Source: a virus
Taxonomy: Duplodnaviria > Caudoviricetes
Length of the DNA stretch: 64,000 nucleotides
Virus record (IMG/VR): IMGVR_UViG_3300009716_000731
Location: 64,001 to 128,000 of that record
Direction: 5' to 3' (one strand)
Positions 58,058 through 64,000 of the stretch are shown one piece after another; the first letter of the stretch is position 1, and each line of letters opens with the position of its first letter. The position numbers were made by a program, and so were the translations under genes. The notes under the pieces were generated by a model, which had not been told where the DNA came from, did not search any database, and saw only the letters and a program-made list of their open reading frames with translations.

Positions 58058-59105
58058 CTGTATCTGATATAAACTTATAAAGTTTTTTCAAGTATTCTCT
58101 TCTCTTAAAGTTTTTATCAGTCATTAAAGTAGCAACATAGCAAAAATAGTAAAGTTTATCTATCAAAACATCTTTTGGTATATCACCACCCGGATATCTA
58201 AACTCTACATAATTATATCCACTAATTCTGGTTACATTGAATCCAAAATTTTTATACCCAAACTCATTCATTAGTTTCAATACATAGTTGCTTAATTCAT
58301 CTTCAGTAGATTTTATATCAGAGAAGCTGGTTGCTTTCATTATTTTGCTTGAGTCTAACTCTTTTTTAAGTACTGGTAGTATTGATTTTGTATAAAATGA
58401 CTTTTGTCTCCATTTCATATTCTTAAATGTGAAAGCAGTTTCACCATAGTCTGAAATCATTAAGATTCCTTTAATTATATTCCAATCTACTTTCTTTGTG
58501 AATCCAATATTGATATGAATACCAGTTCTTTCATTCATAAACCAATATTTTTGATTATTGTAATCTTTGTAGAAATCTTCAATTAGTTCGATAGTATCTT
58601 CTATACCAACTAAGTAAGTATTCATAGAGAATTCAATACCTCTTTTTAATGTATTGTCTAACTCAAATTTTATTTCAGAGTTCCATTTTTTGTAAAAGTT
58701 AGGAAGATTTATCTTAAAGTTTTCAATTAAGTAATCGATATTATCTGAGATCATATAAGTCATATAATCTGCTTGTAAAACTTGTATAAGTTTATTAGCA
58801 AAGCCAGTTGGATATTCATCTAAATATTCCTCAAATAGATCAATATTTTCATCAACATCTTCAAAATCTAAAGTATCAATTATTTCATCTACAAGATAAA
58901 ACATATTCTTGTTTGACTTACCTTCATCTTTAATATACTGATAAGCATTACCCTTTGCGATTTCAATAAATTTTGCAGGAGAAACTGAATCATCGCTACT
59001 TTCCATGTCATCAGTTTCAAGCTCAAATTCTAAAGCTATTGTAAAGTCATTAGAATGTAACTTAATATAATCTTTATCTTTATTATTAAACTCTAATAGT
59101 AACAT
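58047..59105 (-). CDS. putative amidoligase (COOH-NH2 ligase type 2)
   Basis: ALEFELE, D.TL..GIEF, TGIHINIG, YVEFRYPG. Confidence 0.75.
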   Translation of the reverse strand: MLLLEFNNKDKDYIKLHSNDFTIALEFELETDDMESSDDSVSPAKFIEIAKGNAYQYIKDEGKSNKNMFYLVDEIIDTLDFEDVDENIDLFEEYLDEYPTGFANKLIQVLQADYMTYMISDNIDYLIENFKINLPNFYKKWNSEIKFELDNTLKRGIEFSMNTYLVGIEDTIELIEDFYKDYNNQKYWFMNERTGIHINIGFTKKVDWNIIKGILMISDYGETAFTFKNMKWRQKSFYTKSILPVLKKELDSSKIMKATSFSDIKSTEDELSNYVLKLMNEFGYKNFGFNVTRISGYNYVEFRYPGGDIPKDVLIDKLYYFCYVATLMTDKNFKRREYLKKLYKFISDTATL

Positions 59106-59479
59106 TATGATACAGTTGCATAAATTTGATAGTCAGCTACTTCAAAGTTGATGACCATATACTCTTGGTATCTTTCAGGATCTTCAAAAAACTCAACAGA
59201 GAGCTGATAAGGCACAGAATCAACTTCAGGTATATAATCTGCTATCTGAGCCATTATCTCACCTTCTATCGCTTCTGATGATAGTCTTGTTTCATATAAT
59301 AGCTCTGTTAGATTTGCTCCTAAGTTTGGTTCTGATAGAACTTCTCCTTTATTAGTAAATATGATCATTTCATATTTTTGTATAATAACTCTAATGACAT
59401 CATCTTCGATAAGTTCTAACTCACGAAACATTGGATGTCCAGGATAACAAATATAAAAATCTATAAAATTGTAATTCAT
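59105..59479 (-). CDS. baseplate wedge subunit (gp25-like)
   Basis: FTNKGEVLSEPNLGANLTELLYE...IADYIPE. Confidence 0.8.
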   Translation of the reverse strand: MNYNFIDFYICYPGHPMFRELELIEDDVIRVIIQKYEMIIFTNKGEVLSEPNLGANLTELLYETRLSSEAIEGEIMAQIADYIPEVDSVPYQLSVEFFEDPERYQEYMVINFEVADYQIYATVS

Positions 59480-59499
59480 GTAGATATATATATAAATTT

Positions 59500-60207
59500 T
59501 TATCCAATATATCTATTACCTTTTGATAAATTTTCATTTGCCCATAGTGGTTGAAAGTTTGTATGATGATTTAGCTTATAGATCTCTTCAACATTTTTAG
59601 CATAGCTTATTGGTATTATATGATCTAAGTGCCAAAGACCATGATTAGATAATGTCATTCCCTCTTGAAGTTTTGATTCTATATAATTTCTAAATTCATC
59701 CAAAGAGCAACCTAATATTTCTTCTGTCTTTTTATCTTTAGAATTTTTCAGTGACTGAGATATTCTTTTTCTTATACTTGATGTTAGTTTATATAAAGGA
59801 TTATTATTTATTCTATCTTTTTCATAATCATTTCTACAACCATTACAATGTGAATTTAATTTATCTGGCTTTGAATTATCTTTACCAAAATTTTTCATAT
59901 CCTTTATCTCTACACACTTTGTGCATAATTTTTCATTTTCTTTTAGATGTTCTCTAATTATAGAATATTTTAGTATTTTACCATCTAAATTTCTATTACT
60001 TTGTTGGTATAATTTCATTTTTTGCAATCTTTCATATCTATTTTTATAATGATTTTCTAATGACTTTTTATTTCTTATATCTCTATTTTTTGCGTGATCT
60101 ATCTTTCTACATTCTTTACACTCTGATCTGAGCTCATCTTTAGAAGCACTTCTTTTCCCAAAATAGAAACTTTCTTTTTCAACTTTACATATGCAGCAAG
60201 TTTTCAT
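59500..60207 (-). mobile_element. free-standing HNH-type endonuclease
   Basis: Two Zn-finger pairs, LGCS, WHLDHIIP, HHTNFQPLWA..NLSK; paralog of 51631..52218. Confidence 0.8.
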
Positions 60208-60284
60208 ATCTATTTTTATTTTTATTTATATATTAAAAAATAAAAATCAATTTCTTCAATAGAATACTCAATTAAAATTAATAT

Positions 60285-61247
60285 TTACAAAAATAATTTT
60301 TTTAGTTTTCCCAATAAAGATATGCCAGATATAATTGGATCTGTTGCAGATTTTAGTATTAAATCATACTCACATACAAGATTTGATACCTCAAATAGTT
60401 TATTCACACTTTCTCTTTTCTCTTTTATACACCAATCTATAAATTGTCTTCCTAATAGATTTATCATAACATCTATTTTATCCGCACCAAAGTTATTCAT
60501 CAAAAAGTGATAAGTTTGTTCAAAATCATTTTCTTGATATAGAAAGTTATATAAGTCAAGTTTTACTTTATTTGAGATTGTATTATCTGAACTACCGATA
60601 GAACCAGTTTCTAAATAGCTCTGAACTTCAACTAAAGTTGCTCTAAAATCAGGAAATTTTTTAGTTATTATAGAAACTAAGTCTGTTTTTGGAATCTCTT
60701 TATTCTCTGCTACTAAAATATTATTATTAATTCTTTTATAAATTTCTTGTTTTAAGAATCTTTCTTCGTCAGAAGATTGACAATCAAAATTAATAGTTTT
60801 AATTCTTGATTTAAGTCCATCTGTAATCTTATTGATATGGTTTGTAGTGATAATAAATCTTACTTTGTTATTATATCTTTCAATAAAAGCTTTGAATGCA
60901 TCTTGGAAGTTTATAGACACTCTTTCAAACTCATCTAAGAAAACAAACTTAATATCAGAATCAGTATCCATCATTGGTGTAAACTTACAGAAGTCATCAA
61001 TTTCATTTCTTAAAATTTCAATAGAGGTGTCCATAGAACAGTTAAGTTCTAAGAAAGGTGTTTCTTTATGATATTTACCGACTAAAATTCTTGCTAAACT
61101 GGTTTTACCTGTTCCATAGTGACCATAGAATATATAGTGTTGATTTACACCACTCTCAAATTCTTTTCTGATCCTTGGTAAAAGTATTATATCTTCGTAG
61201 TTTTTGGGTCTCCATTTCTCCCATAATAATAATTTATTTACTGACAT
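60285..61247 (-). CDS. sliding clamp loader ATPase subunit (T4 gp44 / RFC-like)
   Basis: WEKWRP, GHYGTGKT, LDEFE, FIITTN, SR, FPDFR. Confidence 0.92.
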   Translation of the reverse strand: MSVNKLLLWEKWRPKNYEDIILLPRIRKEFESGVNQHYIFYGHYGTGKTSLARILVGKYHKETPFLELNCSMDTSIEILRNEIDDFCKFTPMMDTDSDIKFVFLDEFERVSINFQDAFKAFIERYNNKVRFIITTNHINKITDGLKSRIKTINFDCQSSDEERFLKQEIYKRINNNILVAENKEIPKTDLVSIITKKFPDFRATLVEVQSYLETGSIGSSDNTISNKVKLDLYNFLYQENDFEQTYHFLMNNFGADKIDVMINLLGRQFIDWCIKEKRESVNKLFEVSNLVCEYDLILKSATDPIISGISLLGKLKKLFL

Positions 61248-61294
61248 ATTTATCTCATTTTCTTAATGAGTATATCTAAAATTATCAAAAAAGT

Positions 61295-61849
61295 TTATAT
61301 TTCTGGATAACCAACCAAGTATTCTTCTTCTGTTGTTTCACCATCTGCTAAAGTTCTTGTGTAAATACCATCACCTAACCAATTTATCTTAGAGTTTGGA
61401 AAAATTTTCTTAACAACATTATATTCGTTTCTTTTACATCCTGTGCTTATCAAAAGTTCTGCAGGTCTTCCAGACACTTCTATCCAGAATCCTTTTTTAT
61501 GTAAAAGATTTGATAGTTGCCTCATTAGCTCTTTTCTTGCTTCTTTTGAGCCATCGTGACCCCATCCTGATATTTTATGACCGTGTGATTTTCTTGAGAA
61601 TATAACAACATCTGCATTAGGATCTCTATCTATATCAACTGCAGTCCAGAAAGTTAAATCTGGATCATTTACAACAGCATCTGGTGATGATATTCTAACG
61701 TGACCACCAAGAGGTTTATAAGCCAAATCTACAATCTCCCATATTTCTTTTTTTAGCTTAGCCCTATCTTCTATAGAAAGCTCAACCCATTGATTTTTAT
61801 CGAATAGATCAGAGAATGTAAAATCTTCAAATATTTTTAAGTATTTCAT
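61295..61849 (-). CDS. tagged hypothetical protein (MKYLKIFEDF), possibly GNAT-like
   Basis: AYKPLGG, GHDGSKEA, WIEVSG; late box 61855-61863. Confidence 0.65.
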   Translation of the reverse strand: MKYLKIFEDFTFSDLFDKNQWVELSIEDRAKLKKEIWEIVDLAYKPLGGHVRISSPDAVVNDPDLTFWTAVDIDRDPNADVVIFSRKSHGHKISGWGHDGSKEARKELMRQLSNLLHKKGFWIEVSGRPAELLISTGCKRNEYNVVKKIFPNSKINWLGDGIYTRTLADGETTEEEYLVGYPEI

Positions 61850-61896
61850 ATTTCTATATATTAAATAGAGAGATTTGTTTTTTAATATATAAATCT

Positions 61897-62775
61897 ATGA
61901 TTGGAGATAGATTTAATTTTGAAGACGTATTTTTTAGGGATTTAACAATTTGTGTTTTAGATACTTTAGAAGGTCAAGTAAAATGGGTAAATAGATTTTC
62001 TTCTGGTGATAAATTCGTAGAAGTTCCTTTTTATTACTCAATGACAGGAGATGAAAGGTTTTTATTAGATTCTTTTACCGATGATATAGTATCTGGTGAT
62101 TCTTCTGGAAATGGTAGATATGTCGAATTAAATACTGATATTATTCCACGAGGTCACGTTACCTTAAAATCTTTTGCTATACGTTCTGATGAATTTGCTA
62201 ATCCTAATGTTTGGTTAAGAACAGTTGTAGAAAACGAAACAGAAATCAGAAAAGTTTTAGGAAGAATTAGAGCTATTCCAGTAACAGTTAGTTATGATTT
62301 AGTTATTACACTTGCTAGTGAAATTGATTCTTTTAAGTGTAGTCAAGCAGTTATGGATACCCTTTGGCTTTATAAGTTTATGTATTTTGAGCATAACTTT
62401 ATGAATATAGATGCTGTCATTTTAATGCCAGATTCAAATAATATAGAAATTACTAGAGATAAAAATTTAACATCTGATAATACTATTAAGATGACTGTTT
62501 CCTTTGAAGTTCAAACATATTATCCTGCATTTAGAAAGGATAGAGCTGATTTCCCTGGTTATACAAAAGAGAATTCTGGTATGTCCGATTTGAATGGGTA
62601 TGCACTTGAGGGTGGTTATTCAGACTTTTTCAGTCAACCAGGTGTTAGTAATGAAGGCTTCTTTGTTACTCCTAAGAGAACTAAGTGGTTTAATAACATT
62701 TTAAGAGCAAGAGAAAGAAGCTCAAGGAGATATGATAATCCTAATGGAGACTTAGGAAATAAAAATAATGATTAA
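61897..62775 (+). CDS. tail terminator / sheath stabiliser (T4 gp15-like)
   Basis: VPFYY...ERFL, IPRG, IPVTVSYDL, FEVQTYYP; late box 61883-61891. Confidence 0.7.
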   Translation: MIGDRFNFEDVFFRDLTICVLDTLEGQVKWVNRFSSGDKFVEVPFYYSMTGDERFLLDSFTDDIVSGDSSGNGRYVELNTDIIPRGHVTLKSFAIRSDEFANPNVWLRTVVENETEIRKVLGRIRAIPVTVSYDLVITLASEIDSFKCSQAVMDTLWLYKFMYFEHNFMNIDAVILMPDSNNIEITRDKNLTSDNTIKMTVSFEVQTYYPAFRKDRADFPGYTKENSGMSDLNGYALEGGYSDFFSQPGVSNEGFFVTPKRTKWFNNILRARERSSRRYDNPNGDLGNKNND

Positions 62776-62847
62776 TATAAAAAAAGGAAAAAAATGACTT
62801 TTTTTGCTTAATATATAGTTTATATAAAAAATAATAATATAGAAATT

Positions 62848-64000
62848 ATGAAGAATCTTAAACTTGAATTGTTTAACTTCAAAAAGGATCTTTCTTTTGA
62901 GCAAGAAGAAATATCTGTAATTATAGAAGGTCACTTAAACGCTACTAATCAGTATAGCGAAAAAACTATAATTACATCTCTTAACGAGAAGTTAAAACCT
63001 TATACTTACGATAAAAGTGTTAAAAGTTTATTGGAGGACCTTAACAATGACATGGCTCAATTTGAATTATTATATGAATTAAAGAATTTATATGGTGTTC
63101 TTAATACTAAGAATCAAGGTGAATTGTACAGACAACCAATAAATGTTTTACTACAAACTATCAATCTTGAGACTGATCAAGATAGAATGTCAAAAATTCT
63201 TAATGAATTAGCAGTTTATGACTGGGTTCCAGAAATTAAAGTGTTTGTTCACAATTTAACGAAATCTCCAGAGAAAAGATCAAATCTTTTAAGTGGTGGT
63301 TCTGCAGAGTCTATATTTACTGTTGTTGAGCAAGTTGAAGAAGGACACATTGCTTTAGTAAAAGATTCTTGGTTTTTATTAACAGAAAACTCAATTGAGA
63401 AAACTTTACTTGAGAATCATGTTAAAGATGCACAAGCTTTACAAAGTTTAAGATTATTAGAGACAGCTATGAAATATTCTTCTGTATCAGAAGATAGAAT
63501 CAATTTCAGAATTTCTGAATATTTAACAATTGGTTTATCTGTTGGTAATAAAGGTGGTCTATACATCAATGATGACGAATTAAATTCTGAAACTACATTA
63601 GAAAGTTTATTTAACTCTCCTATTGTTCCAATTGTAAATAAAAACTTTTATCCAATTTTATTAGAAACTTCTAAAAACTTAGATAAGTTTGTTGAGTTAG
63701 ATGTTGTTAAAAGAGTTAATAACTTAGTTAACCCATATTTAGAATTATTTGCTTTCAATTATAAAAATAACACTTTTGTTTACAGATGTGATGAAAGATA
63801 TGGTAACTCATTCTTCAAATACGAGTCTGCTTTAGAATTAGTAAATGAAGTAAGAAATGAATTAAACTATGATTTAACTTATTTCTTTGAAAATAAATTA
63901 AATAAAGAATTAGTTGTTAAAAGAAAACTTGAAGATAAAGAAAGAGAAATTACTCTTAAATTAGAAGATGTTCAATTTAATATTGACAAAATCAAAGGTT
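62848..64000 (+). CDS. partial large hypothetical late protein (runs off window end)
   Basis: MKNLKLELFNFKKDLSF...; open to 64000; late promoter box 62809-62817. Confidence 0.75.
   Translation, partial: MKNLKLELFNFKKDLSFEQEEISVIIEGHLNATNQYSEKTIITSLNEKLKPYTYDKSVKSLLEDLNNDMAQFELLYELKNLYGVLNTKNQGELYRQPINVLLQTINLETDQDRMSKILNELAVYDWVPEIKVFVHNLTKSPEKRSNLLSGGSAESIFTVVEQVEEGHIALVKDSWFLLTENSIEKTLLENHVKDAQALQSLRLLETAMKYSSVSEDRINFRISEYLTIGLSVGNKGGLYINDDELNSETTLESLFNSPIVPIVNKNFYPILLETSKNLDKFVELDVVKRVNNLVNPYLELFAFNYKNNTFVYRCDERYGNSFFKYESALELVNEVRNELNYDLTYFFENKLNKELVVKRKLEDKEREITLKLEDVQFNIDKIKG

Noticed and set aside
8223-62934. Other short opposite-strand or nested ORFs in the track (e.g. 8223, 9072, 17455, 19432, 27533, 38880, 60832, 62752)
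   Set aside because: Overlap well-supported genes and lack starts in promoter context
1-64000. Stop-codon reassignment as in some jumbo phages
   Set aside because: Core genes are full length in code 11, and TAG and TGA both end genes cleanly

Overview
A 64-kb, very AT-rich, densely coding segment of a T4-like jumbo myophage genome, standard code 11, with no tRNA, rRNA or CRISPR array recognised. It encodes contractile-tail and baseplate genes (sheath, tube, gp15-, gp25-, gp26/gp51-like, tape measure, large wedge), packaging genes (gp16-like TerS and a TerL fractured by a split intein around a free-standing endonuclease), DNA metabolism genes (gp52-like topoisomerase subunit, gp47/Mre11, clamp loader, ThyA, a compact PolA-like protein), ClpS, several RNA-end or nucleotide enzymes and five free-standing endonucleases. 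The host is probably Bacteroidota: start codons lack Shine-Dalgarno sequences, TAnnTTTG boxes occur, one signal peptide follows the Q-rule, DUF6576-like motifs recur, and there is an apparent captured U32-peptidase gene fragment. Most interesting patterns: (1) about 17 unrelated ORFs share an N-terminal MKYIKLFExF-type tag resembling the T4 capsid-targeting sequence, on cargoes that include enzymes; (2) small or degenerate proteins look like fragments of virion proteins (major capsid segments, tail-tube N-terminus), mostly carrying a second RxxKIxxIL-type tag, possibly a decoy or interference system; (3) an atypically split TerL intein with extra amphipathic helices; (4) an inverted repeat across the divergent terS/terL starts that gives both proteins the same N-terminus; (5) a candidate +1 programmed frameshift in the gp26/gp51-like pair; (6) three promoter classes. 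All family assignments come from motif recognition by eye; no searches were run.
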